Source: Microthyrium microscopicum (taxonomy: Eukaryota). Taken from it: a DNA stretch of 64,000 nt. Shown here piece after piece: positions 38,082-49,755 of the stretch. Position numbers and translations under genes: made by a program. The stretch's first letter is position 1, and each line of letters opens with the position of its first letter. The notes under the pieces were generated by a model. The model was not told the DNA's origin and ran no database searches. It saw only the letters and a list, made by a program, of their open reading frames with translations. The DNA lies in the NCBI GenBank assembly GCA_010405405.1, contig MU004237.1, positions 1,251,345 through 1,315,344 on the forward strand, given 5' to 3'.

Positions 38082-38637
38082 TCATATTGTAGTGTTCATA
38101 CTATCATGGAGGTGGAAATACGTTACCGCTTCAAACATTATGCCAAGTCGTCTAGACACTTTGGCCAGTGCAATTTCGCCTCCGTCAATGCGGACGGCGC
38201 CCAGAATCGCTTCTATGGTTGTCGCCATTGTGTTTGTGGAGACTGAGGTTGTGCCGGGGCTTAGATTGACGCAATGTTCAAGTTTGAAGCGGCGTCCGAC
38301 TCTGTCATGGTTGTGATTACTTAGAATACGGTCGCGATTCAAAGTGTAGGTGCCTAGGTAGGTCATCGATCAGCAACAGAAAACGGGTTTATGCTTGTCA
38401 AGGGGAAGAAATACCAGTGCTCATACCAGTGCTGTACCACTCAAAGGCAAAGAGGTCATCCATTGCCTTATCTCCAAGCAAAGCTAAGCGATTATTTCTC
38501 GGAATGAATTGTTCGCTTCCATCAATGGTATGGCAACTGACATATGTGTTTAGAGCTTCGGCACAAAGCTTTCTGTCAGCAAACACGTAGTCGATGATTG
38601 ACTCGCATTCCTCAATTTTTTGGTCCAAGGAAGTCAT
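38082..38637 (-). CDS. Stand-alone RNase III-domain protein A (no dsRBD, Mini-III-like), intron 38354-38414; possible second intron 38062-38126 would move the stop to ~37975
   Basis: ESIIDYVFADRKLCAEAL, RNNRLALLGD signature, ILSN and TMATTIEAILGAVRIDGG motifs. Confidence 0.85.
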
Positions 38638-39653
38638 GGTCTGTCTTTGGTATAGCTTTACTACAAGATATTGAGTATGAGTAAGCCGGATGGAGTAAAA
38701 TTTGGAAGAGTAGATGTAGGAGCAAACGCAGTACGAAGCGAGTCGTGGATTCACCCAAGCTAAATAGCCCAAGAAAAGTGTATATGCATGCATGAATTGT
38801 GAGTCATTTGCTCACCGGAAGTCGCCCCACAAATGTGCTGTACAGCCAAAAGATACATGGAAACTCGTTGACCGGCGGGACGCCAAGATCGATTCTGCAC
38901 TGGCTGACTGTAGGATTTGTAGAAAGTTGATTTGCTGAGAGTAAGAAAGTAAGAATGAGAGTTTTAAGATTGGGTAAATAGTGGTATATAAATACCTATA
39001 ATGAATTCTGAACGGGACGTAGCAGAAGTCGTCAGCCCCTTCTCAGATGATGTTTACTGCTTAGATTTACATGACCGTCTAGCATTGCTGGTTTTTTAGT
39101 CGCACCGTCTAGCTCGCTTAGGTCCGACTCTCTGAAGGATAATTTTCGAAGCAAATCGCCCACCCATATGTCCGAATGATGGAGGATGTTGACCCTTCAT
39201 GAGCGTAGCTAACGAACGAACAAACTCACACCACGGGCGCTCTGGTCGTGAGTGATATTTGAGCGACCGAGGATAGCGCTGCCCGGAAACATCCATCATG
39301 CGGAGACAACCCGTACGAGCAGGCATATATGGTCTCTCTCACAAGTTGGGTTCCAACGTATTGTCGTCCTGTCATGTTGACCATGTGTAAAGGAACTGTT
39401 ATGAATGATGTCTGCCAGACACAGTTTCCGCTGGCACTACAAGCCCTGGGCGGTAGATTAGATCATCTCAATAGCAGTGAATTGAGACTGGACTTGTGGT
39501 CATGACCATCCCCGTACTATCGTACCATTGGGTCCTTGTGTTCTTGATTGAACACTGCCCTCGGGAGGGTCCCTCATTGGCATACGGTTTGACTGTATGC
39601 CAAACCTGTTTACCTAGGTAGTCAACATAGTCAACCATCCGATCTTTCAATCA

Positions 39654-41657
39654 TCAAGCTTTCGTTGCCCTCTTTGAACGCCCCGGTCCATTATGTGAGC
39701 GCCTCGCAGCTTTTTCCAGCGCTTGCATAACAGCGTCCGACTCTAGTATGGTACTCTGTGGGCGCTCCGCCATATACACTAGTTGTTTCTCGAAATCTGT
39801 TCCCCCTTGCGAGGCAGGTTCGTGTAGCCATGCATTTATTGAGTGTATTGCTATATCCAGTTGATATTCTTCTCCGGGTTTATCAGTCGCTGTACCATCT
39901 TTGAGCATCTCTTGAGCCTTTGCAATTTGGCATGGAACTTTCAATTTTTCTGGTGGAGGGATTGAATGCAGTTCTGGAACCGATTCTAGTGCCAAGTCTG
40001 GTACTGATGAAGGATAAGCGGCATGTACTGAATCAAAGTGGCCTGACTGCATGGAAGTTGACAAGCCATCGGATTTCCTTGTGCCATCCGCTGGGTACGA
40101 TATTTGTATTGAGCTTGGAGTAGTGGGGATCTCCCTTTGGAGGGAATCTTGGGACCATTCGTTTTGGCCTGGTAAATCTATGTTTTCGGCTGCAATCGGG
40201 GATTGCCTTCCGGAAACCAGTACTGGCAACGGTAAAGAGTCGGCTTGATCACTTGGAGGTCGCAAGGTCTCCTTTGTCCCATCCGATAATAGGCTTGGGT
40301 TATGTAGTGGGCTTGAATTGGCATTAGTTCTACTTTCAATTGACTCTCGAGCAGTGCCGAATTTTGGTGGGAGTTGCAAGTTATCTGCTGGGTTGTTGAA
40401 CTGCCGGTCTGAAATCAATGACTGGGTAACCTGGGATGAAACCGGAAGAGGCATGTACTCGTTATCGATCATTGCAAGCGACTCGATAGAATGAGTCGGT
40501 GAGTCCTCAGAATCTGCAGTTGTCTCTGGGGGTACTTGTGACATTGGGTGCGCGAGCTTGGAGACTGCGGTATGTGGGATTGTAGTATCGAGTCCGAGGA
40601 ATCTGTGACCGGGGACGAGATTCGCTTTGATGAATCTCCGTGCATCTGCGAATGAGGCGACATGCCTGATTGGCAATGAATCCCGGGTGGACAATTTGGT
40701 TCCTTGTACTCCAACAGACGCCGCAATTTGACTGGAAACTTGTCCGCTGGTTCTTAAGAGTTGTCGGATCCTCATTTGCAAAAACTTTGCATGGCTTGAA
40801 GTATGTAGGGTTCTGGATGCAAGCAATTCGTCAAGCTTTTGGCCTTGCTTCATCATCTCCACAATCTTGGCTGCTTCCTTTGTCAATGCTATTCTCCATT
40901 TTCTGTAGGGCCTATTTGGAGAAATCCCCTTTCCTGACTTATACTCCAATTGAGGTGACTGCTGTTCTTCGGCTGAAGCATATAAATCTGTCTTGGCTTT
41001 CGCTAAAGCTTCTTCAAGTATCCTTGTTCTTGAAGCCTCCGTCGGCCCCTGCTCTGGCTTATCAGGCAGGTTTGTTGTGACAGCTGGTGGGAATATTGTC
41101 CCCAATACTGGTGAAATCGACGAAGAGCGTACTTCCAGCAATTCATGAGTCAATCCAAGCTGTGAAGCAACATTTGTCATTGCGGTTTCTCCCCCATCAA
41201 TGTACGAAGCGCCAAGTATTGCTTCCACAGTCGTCGCCATGGTATTTTCCATCCTCCCTGTAAATGTTGAAGAAGGAGGGTAATGAATGCAGTGCTGAAG
41301 GCCGTGATAAATTCCAACAGCTGCAAGGTTTTTGTTGTTCAAAACCGTATTGTGGATGGCGTCGAACAAGCCTAGAGCCTAATTAGTAAGAACAAGCAGT
41401 AAACATTGCTAGAGAGTACCGGAATTTAGATCTTTGGAATACCATTTGCGACAAAAGTGAGCTCTCATCATCCCATCCCCTAATAGTGCTAGGCGTTGAT
41501 TGATGGGAACACGCTGCCTTGTTCCATCCATTGTAAATGCTACGAACAAAGGATCTCGGTTGAGTGCTTCAGCACAAGTCAACTTGGAAGTGAAAGTGTA
41601 CTTGATGATGCGTTCGCAGGCTTGAATCTTTTGCATGAAGGCCCGGATGCCAGTCAT
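39654..41657 (-). CDS. RNase III-domain protein B (paralog of A) with a long, mostly low-complexity C-terminal extension; intron ~41372-41419
   Basis: ERIIKYTFTSKLTCAEAL, NQRLALLGD, VLNN and TMATTVEAILGASYIDGG motifs; first intron at the same position as in paralog A; ORF continues ~490 codons beyond the domain. Confidence 0.8.
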
Positions 41658-41903
41658 GTTTCGGGCTGGCTTTTGACGACGCCAATTCCTGCAGTGCAGC
41701 TTTGTTCATGACGCGAAATTGTACGAATGTAGTAGGGATCCTGATATTTCGAGACAGAGAGATGCTACCGGAGCATCGAGAAGTTCCAGGACGGCAGTAG
41801 GCAGTAGTAGGCCCGGTGGGAGACGGCGACTAGGAAATAAGAAAAAGTCAATTACTGGGGATTATGGGAAGATGAGAAGAGTCAAAATGATTTCCTAGAA
41901 GAG

Positions 41904-41942
41904 ATGATCAAAATGATCAAAATGATCAAAATGATCAAAATG
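41904..41942. repeat. Tandem repeat (ATGATCAAA)x4 upstream of RNase III gene B
   Basis: Four perfect 9-bp units followed by ATG. Confidence 0.85.
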
Positions 41943-42436
41943 TGAAGCTCAAGACAGAAGCTTCAATTGTTAAGGATCTCAATGATTGACTAGGACACTT
42001 TGGGGTAGTCTGATGAGCCACATATGTCACACATCAGCCACAGCTCCTTTTCTCCTCTTTTCCCTTCCTGCCTGACCCGCTTCAATGTTTATTGTTTACT
42101 CTTTAGATTTTCAGGGGTAACTTTAACTTCTGAGCCCATTTCTCTTTTCTCTGAACACACTTGACATTACTCTAGAGAGAACAATTCCAAAGAATCTTCG
42201 AAAAGCTTTGTACGAATGATGATAGCAACACCGCTTGTCCGCTTCCTAGACAATTGCGAACCACGCCATATCGATAGCTAGATCTGAGAACCTCCAACAG
42301 TATTAGCAATTGTGCGCTCAATACTGCTTATTTTCTGCCAGTGGATACATACAAGTGAATGCGATGTATAACAAGACACTCGAAGTTCTTTTCGAATGGG
42401 TTTGTACTTCATCAGCCTAGATCGAACCGCGAAGCT

Positions 42437-42807
42437 TCACAAATATAACTCACAGCAAGCAAAAGTTCCATCCGGGAAGCTAAAGCACTGTCCAGGCCTG
42501 TTTCCAGCAATCAGAAATGTTTGAAAGGCTAGGCCAGAATATCTTGTATCTGTCAGTTCCAACGGTCAAATATACCAGCACAATTCCCCTATACCACAGT
42601 CAATTTCTACGCTCTGCTCAACTTGGACTTGTGTTGTGTTCGAATTCACATCTCGCGTGACAAACGAGGGCACTTCCACCTGAAGCCGGTTTGCAGTCAA
42701 TTTCGTTCCCTCTAATTGAAACTCTGGCAGTTGTGGTCGTTGTAAAAGTTCAGCTGCGACGCAGAGATGCTAGCTGAAAAGCAAGTAAAGGCAAGCGTGA
42801 AATGCAT
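42437..42807 (-). pseudogene. Probable disrupted small secreted Cys-containing protein gene
   Basis: CAAAATG start, MHFTLAFTCFSASISA signal peptide and SQLNFYNDHNCQSF, then an in-frame TAG; a downstream segment reads GQCFSFPDGTFACC after a further stop. Confidence 0.45.
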
Positions 42808-43965
42808 TTTGAAGATGTTAGGAGATATGTTTGACTTTGGATATCAAGGAAGTACGGAAGAAAATGTTCTTGTTCTGAGCGCTGGTGATTAAAGAGTTGT
42901 ATCGAGGACGTTGCAGCTTAATCATGTCTTCATGGTTGTGCTGGATGTTCAAGTTATTCTTCAGGACGATTTAGGTTGATTCCGCGCTTGATCACTGAGA
43001 GATAGATCAATATATGTCTGGTGCTTATGTTTGGCACAATCTCAGCATTTCTTATCGAGCTATCAATTCCAGTGCTTTTCTCTTGGGTAGCATCGCGGCT
43101 GAACAAATCTGTGATCGCTTCTTGGAACTCAATGCCATCTTTCCTTTATTCCTATATGCTTACTAGCCTTCCAAGAAGATCGTAGGTAGGATCGCAGCGT
43201 ACCAAGAAATAAGCTGAACAAGCGGTCGGTATAACCTCGAGGATTCTCGCTGATTCTGTCATCAATCTTCACCCATCAAGATACGTTTCGCCCTGTTAAT
43301 TGCAGTTTACCATGAATATATGACTACTCTCAATCAATCCCCCCCTTTCCAGCTGCCTTGGCTTTTGCGTTGCCAAGAAACATTGATCAATCTTGTCAGA
43401 GAGCTTGATATTTCTCTGCGCTTGGTCAGGATTTTTGTACTTATAAAATTTGCTTAGTATTTCACTACAGTCTACGATGAAAAGAACTCTTTGACGCGAG
43501 GTTGAAATACGAACATATACGCAAAGTGGCAGAATAAGTTTCTGGCCGGTGGATTTCGGTGAGAAACCGGTAAGCTTCTTACTACATTGGTGAAAGGCCA
43601 GACTTAGATTTACTCTGGACGTAAGAAAAGGAATAGTGAGGTGCCTGGAAAGATGCTTACATGTCCCATATCAACCACCGTCATTACTTCTGATCTTGAA
43701 ACTGGTCTTGCATTTCTGGAAGTCATCAAGTATGTAGCTATCGATCAAGGCCTCGTACCTTAAGACAAGCCATAGGTACATTAGGATGGGACTGGCAATG
43801 TTTGTACAACATCATAGCGTATAACTACTGTATCAAAGATATACCGTCCTTTGCTACAGTTCCTCAGCTGTCTCATCTTGAGATCGATAGAATTTGACAC
43901 TCAAACTCCTACTCACATGCTACATCATCACAACAGCCACAATGAAGTCCCGCCAACTAAAGGCA

Positions 43966-46900
43966 TCATTCAACAAACCATCTCAAACCACCTCCCTCCA
44001 CCGCACTTAAGCCTTCGCCTGTGAGTACCGGAACTTCCCTCACAAAGTATCGATCCTTCACCATAACCCCAAACACTACATGTGCGCCCTTGACCAACGG
44101 GAGCAGCCGGAAACTCACCTCCACCCGACTATATGGCAACAATGTCACGCCCTGTGTTTTCGGGCCACTAAATGCCAACGCCTCGCTAGAAGGCGCACTG
44201 ATGTCGAATGTCAACGGATGCTGGCTTGGATTCTCTAGCGTTAGCGTCAATTGCGTGAGTGGCGTTGATGGCGTTAGGTTGGAGTGCGCTGCTGTTGCGA
44301 TGACGCGGGGCTCAAGCGGTGGGAGGACCAGCGCGGATATGGGGAGACTGGATGTCACGGTTGCGCTGGTGGGTGTGCGGGACCAGGTGATGAAGAGGCG
44401 GGCTGAGAGCGTCATAGGGCGGTGTTCTTTAGTTGGTGGGCGAGTAGTGTCGAGGAGAAATTCGGCAGTGTGCATGGTGCCAGGGGCAATGGGGAAGGAA
44501 TCAGTGGTTGGGAGGGCGGCGAGGTGGTGGGTAAGACCTTTGGGAACCTTGTCCATTTCGACGGCAAGGGAGTGGACATGGAGTGTTTCCGAGGCGAAGG
44601 AGGCCATGTGGGTGGTGAGGGACCAGCGTTGGAGGAGACCTGGGGTAGGTGTGTCAATGGAGAAGTAGGAGGGCCATGGATCTGGATGGATGCGTGGGCT
44701 GAAGTCGTAATTTGCTTCGAATGCGGAGGTGAGGTTGAGACTGGCGGTGAAGATCTTAGAGAGTGGAACATCAGGTTCAGAGGGAAGGGTATAGTGTAGT
44801 TTGGTCTCGAGTACGAGTTCAGATGGCGTTGATGTCGATTTGAAGCTAGCTGTCTTAGTTATCGATTCTTCAGGGGTAAGTTTTGGCAATGTCATAGTCC
44901 TTGTGTCCGTGGTAGCTGTATTAGGGGTATCAGACTCCGTGCTCTCTTCCTCATGAAGCCAGGATATCTCTGGCGGATCTAACTTGCTGAGAAGTCGAAC
45001 ATCAAGAGTGGCCGTAACGTCCTCTCCTTCAAAATTCGTAATCTTGAAATCCAAATTGACAGTTTCATCAGTATGGATGGCTCTATCTAGATTGAGAATC
45101 GAGACATCCAGCTTTGGAGGCTTTGGCTTGATTTCAGCAATCCAGGGGGCTTCTTTGCCAATTCTCTTGTCTCGAGGCCCATTATCGTCGCTTATGTGCC
45201 ATAGATACGGACGAGCGAAATGACCTGGCTCAACCTGCACCGTCAGTTTATAACACTCATTATCGATCTCGAATTCCAGGTATTGAAGTTCTAGCTCGCC
45301 AGGATCCTTGACATCCATACCGAGCAGCCATACTTTGCAACTACCAGGACCAAAAGTCAAATCCGAGATTGAACTGTAGAGTACATTGCCATCATCAGAG
45401 GCCGTTCCAGCTTTGTTTTCTGAGACATCTAGGAATGTAGTGGTTTTGTTTTTGGCTTCGGTAGAGGATGACGAAGGTTCTTCAGTTGGAGAATGTGTCA
45501 ATTCCAGCTGGTATCGGTCTGGTTTGAATTGAGCCCTTATCTTTGAGAAACTAATGGGAGCTGTATTTGGATGGGCGTCAGAGACGACCCTTAGCTGTGC
45601 TAAAGTTGTTTGTCCTACATATCCGTCGCCGGAGGAGAAAGCAAAGCCAGGCATAATGAATGATACGACTGCGCCTGCAGTGAGCTGAACTGATGGCTTC
45701 TCTCCGTCAGGCTTTGCTTTCAAGGACTGCCCACAGTTCATTAGATCCAACTTCATATCTCTGAATAGTCGGAGGTGAGGGCTATGTAGCTCAAAAACTG
45801 TAGAAGCCAGGACAGCAATGTCGCCGGCTCGCTGGGCGCATTCGTTCAAGGTCCGAGTTAGTTCGAAAAGTGGCATCCACCACCGCTCTTTTCTCCAAGC
45901 GCTTCTTTCCCAAAGAGTTTTAAGGAGATTGGTCGCCTCTTGGAACGCACCTTTTCTCAACAACTCTCTTCCAATTTCGAGTTGAGTTCTTTCGCTAAAT
46001 CTGGTCTGGCTACGCTCTTTAAAGGCGTCCGAAGCCGACTGAAGTCTGGCCACAATATCTTTTGTGTGGTCGAATCCTTCATTGTCAGCTCCAATTGGGT
46101 ATTCCTCGTGAGGCTCGGGACAAAGGTAGATATCATAAGTATTCGATCGATGAGCAACTGCAGATGCTGGTGATTGGCCTGGCGGAGTTCGATCTTCTTC
46201 CGGCATATCAAGAGCATATCTCTTCCGTCGCTTTGCGCTTCGAGCAGATAAACGCATCCAATATCCAGGATGATGTAAGTGATGCCAGGGTAAAACTTTT
46301 TCGTTTATAGGTATGCTCTTTTCCGGGTTCATATAAACAGGATTTCCAAATTCTCTTGCAGCGGCACTAGACACTGTAAGATCAATGGAATCTGCCATTG
46401 AAAGTGCCTGAATTTCCGCTCTTTGGATCAACTGCGCCATAAGCTTTGCCCATCTTGATTCCCAAGCTTCCCAGCCATAGTTGGTAGATCCTTTGCCTCG
46501 TCGGTCAACCAACTCGCGCATCCGATCTCGGTAGTTGACCCATGACTGCGTTGCAGTTGTGCCCATTTGACTCCACAGAAGACAGCGAATGATGCGGAAA
46601 GCCATCATATCCGCTATTATGCGAGCCTCGTCCCATCTTGGACTCCAGCTTGCAGTCGTTTCGAATGTTCCTTCCGGGCCCATTAATGACTCCAAAGCGG
46701 ATGTATAATGACGGCATGCTGCGTCCATCTCCTGTCGAAACTCTGCAAACACTCCCATCTTCACGTCATACCGAATGGACCATCCATATGCTCCTAGCGC
46801 TCCGGATGCCGTGGTAGGTGCAACGGTCGGAGCTGGAGCGCTTCCTCGGTTCTTCTTCCGTCGCGAGTGTTTGGTGAGATCTCGGTAGTATTCAATACAA

Positions 46901-47741
46901 AGCGGTTGGACTGTGCTGAGTAATGTCTGCACAAATGCAGTGACTTCTACCCTCGAGATATCAGGTGGCAGGAAAAACAAGCCGCTTTTTGGATCAAGCC
47001 CGGTCGCTCTCCTGATAGTCGCAAGTCGTTCTTCAATATCCGGTGCTTCCAGGATTGTTTTGTCGCTAAGTAGCACCACTACGAGCTTAGTTCTGCTTTC
47101 TGATTTGTTCAAGGCAGCTTTCATGTCCGTGATGTCACTCTTTAATTGATTATCATTCAAGCTGTTGAGATTTGCATCCGAAGAAAAGTCGAAGAAGGCA
47201 ATGTAGAGGCACGGAACCCGCTCTTGGTATTTGGTCATCCACAATGAATCAATTACACCATCAGGATATAGTGGCGAGGTTGGAGTCAATGGTGATAGGG
47301 GCGAGTGTAGGACCCATCGGGTTGGGACTTTTGCATCTTCGTCATCTTTGAATGAGTTCGCTCGACTTAGGATCTGCGGGGATGGAGGATCTGCTTTCTT
47401 GGGAGGGAGTCTGTATTCCTGGAACAGAACACATAAGTTTCTAGCTTGTTGTAGGATTTATTGGAATGACATACCCTCCCAACCGACTTAAATCGAAAGC
47501 CCACGATGGAATGTTGGACTTTTAGACTCCGACCACTCCAATCGTTATCACTGCCCTCTGCCTTCAAAAAGTCCTGCAGCAGTTCATCTTTTCTTTCATT
47601 TGTAACCAGAGGCAGTTGCGCCCGGATCAAAGGTCCCTTTCCATCTGGCGAAACAGCTTGGTCTTCAGGCGTAGGAGTGAGACCTGACAGGACGACAAAT
47701 GGGTAGTTGTGCGCTGTATATTCGGGCGGGTAGGCCTCCAT
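43966..47741 (-). CDS. TRAPPC11: TRAPP complex subunit 11-like protein (Foie gras/Gryzun domains), intron ~47422-47471
   Basis: MEAYPPEY..HNYPFVVLSGL, HSPLSPLTP.SPLYPDG, EYYRDLTKHSRRKKNR, RYDVKMGVFAEFRQEMDAA and WSPRWDEAR; C-terminal LENPSQHPLTF...FSGPK. Confidence 0.88.
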
Positions 47742-48062
47742 GGTCAAGTAGAGAGCCCGGAGAAAAGATCCAGAGTGCCAGTCGGAGGCAGAGACCAGGA
47801 GATCATATAAAATATGCCATGGTGGGCTTCGACGTTCAACATCACTGGGAATAGCAATTGACAGTTGCGATCATCAACTGGGGAAGGCGCAAGGACTGAT
47901 TGGCTGAACGGCTGCACGCGCATCGTCGCGCCTTCTTTTGGAAACTTGACCTCACAGCTTCCACTCTTCCTCCACAACCACTCTACCTACTCTCCTACAA
48001 CTTGATTACTCATGAGATTCTAGTCTTATACTCCCCGATCATTCTACTGTCAGTCTGCGATC

Positions 48063-49582
48063 ATGACTTCTCAGCAGCAACAAATGCGCTGGGCCGAGGA
48101 GCTCGTAGCTGCTGCGAGACGCAAAAATGCTCTCCAATCCAACCGTAAGAGCTCCGTCACTCACTCGACATGTCTTCTACCACTGAACCAAACTGACTTT
48201 TGCTTTTCCCTATAGCTCAACACCTTGTAGATACCGAACCGATCGGTACAAACTTTGGAAACAAGCTCAATCGAAATGCGCCTTATATTAAAGCCGGCAT
48301 GCTCGATGCGCCGCGGGGCGCCGACACCTATACACAAGTGCGCAATTCCCTACCTCGACTGCATACTATACCACTGCTGACCTTGTTGCTGTAGGAGATC
48401 AATTATCATGGCTACCGCCGTCGAATAATATCTAGGAACCCTCTTCTATTCGACGAATATGGTGACTTGATTGAGGAAGATTCCTCAGACGAAGAGGGTG
48501 ACAAGCCCGAAGGTGCTCCTCTCGAAGATAATCCATACGAAAACATAAACCTACAAGGTCCACCTGCCTAATCGAAGCTTGTTCTTATGCATGCTAACAT
48601 ACCGTTAGAATTGCTTCGTCCTCTAGCCTCTGCCGCCGACCTCCCTAACCATCCTACTCTTTCGCGACCGTACAACGATAAAGGCCTGCTAGAAATGATT
48701 AAAAACGCCGAGGATACTTTACATAAAGAGCAGAAGAAGCTTAGAGCGCTGAATGAGCACTTTATACGGATTCGCGGTGATTTATCATTTGCGCCAATAG
48801 GCGACCTACACACTCAATTCGACGATTGGTTGCTCAGGACTGTCTTCGATGGCACACCACTTGCTGAAGAGCACAATGGCACAACGGCTGAGCCTACAGA
48901 ACCTCTAAATTGGAACGGCACAAGTCAAGAGGATCCAGAAGGCGAACGAGGCATTCACGAGACAACTGAAGTGCCAGAAGTCGAAGCACAAGACGTAGAA
49001 ATGAGTGAGACAGGGCCAAGCCCCAATAATCAAGAACCACCCGCTCAAACAGACGAAGCACCACTTCAAAATGGCGACGTACCGCAAGCAGATACGGAAA
49101 TGGCCGACAATCAACCTGCGCCAACCACTAATGGTACAGGTCCACCAGCCACCATACCAGACAACATGATCGTCAACGTCCCTCCCTCCCCGCCAGAGCC
49201 AGCTCTTCCAGACATTCATCCCTTCTTCGCCCACCCTCCGCCACAACTCCCACCCGCTGTCAGCAACGAGGATGATCCCCTCGGCCATCTCCTCTCATAC
49301 ATGAGCAAACAAACCGAAATCGTGCGGTTATGGCATTCATTACTGGAAGGTCTACTCAAAGCGCAGCGCTTACGCTCAAGTGTGTTGCGCTGGTGCAAAG
49401 CAGAGGCACATGTTGGTGAGATGAGTGACAATGAGGACTGGGTTGATCTCGAAGAGTGGGGCTTACATCCAGACGAATTGAAGAAAGGCCGAGATGAAGA
49501 TGGCGATGAGGTCGTAGAAGGGGGACCGAACAGAAGAGGCGGACGTGGAAGAGGACGAGGTGGAGCGAATATTGGGAGCTAA
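48063..49582 (+). CDS. RXT2: Rxt2-like subunit of the Rpd3L histone deacetylase complex, 4 exons
   Basis: GTNFGNKL, INYHGYRRRIISRNP, DNPYENINLQELLRPLASAADLPNHPTLSRPY; C-terminal WCKAEAHVGEMSDNEDWVDLEEWGL...LKKG. Confidence 0.85.
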
Positions 49583-49755
49583 CAGGAAATATGATGTCTA
49601 TTGTTTAATTGCATTGGGAAAGGAACAAGTCTCGGCATGGAATACGTGCCTTACGAGCGTTTGCGTTTTGGAATCGATGTTTATATCTCTTGTATGTACA
49701 CAATATGCTAGTTTTACAGCTAGTAATACAGACGCCACGAACTATCAATTCGCAG

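Noticed and set aside
39234..39285. Weak hairpin downstream of RNase III gene B
   Set aside because: Short interrupted stems unrelated in sequence to the gene A hairpin; compatible with chance.
39468..39650. 60-codon frame continuing after the stop of RNase III gene B
   Set aside because: Two tandem TGA stops make readthrough unlikely, and there is no recognisable motif.
42415..42500. tRNA-like GGTTCGATC on the minus strand with partly complementary ends
   Set aside because: The T-stem does not pair and no D-arm or anticodon arm can be built.
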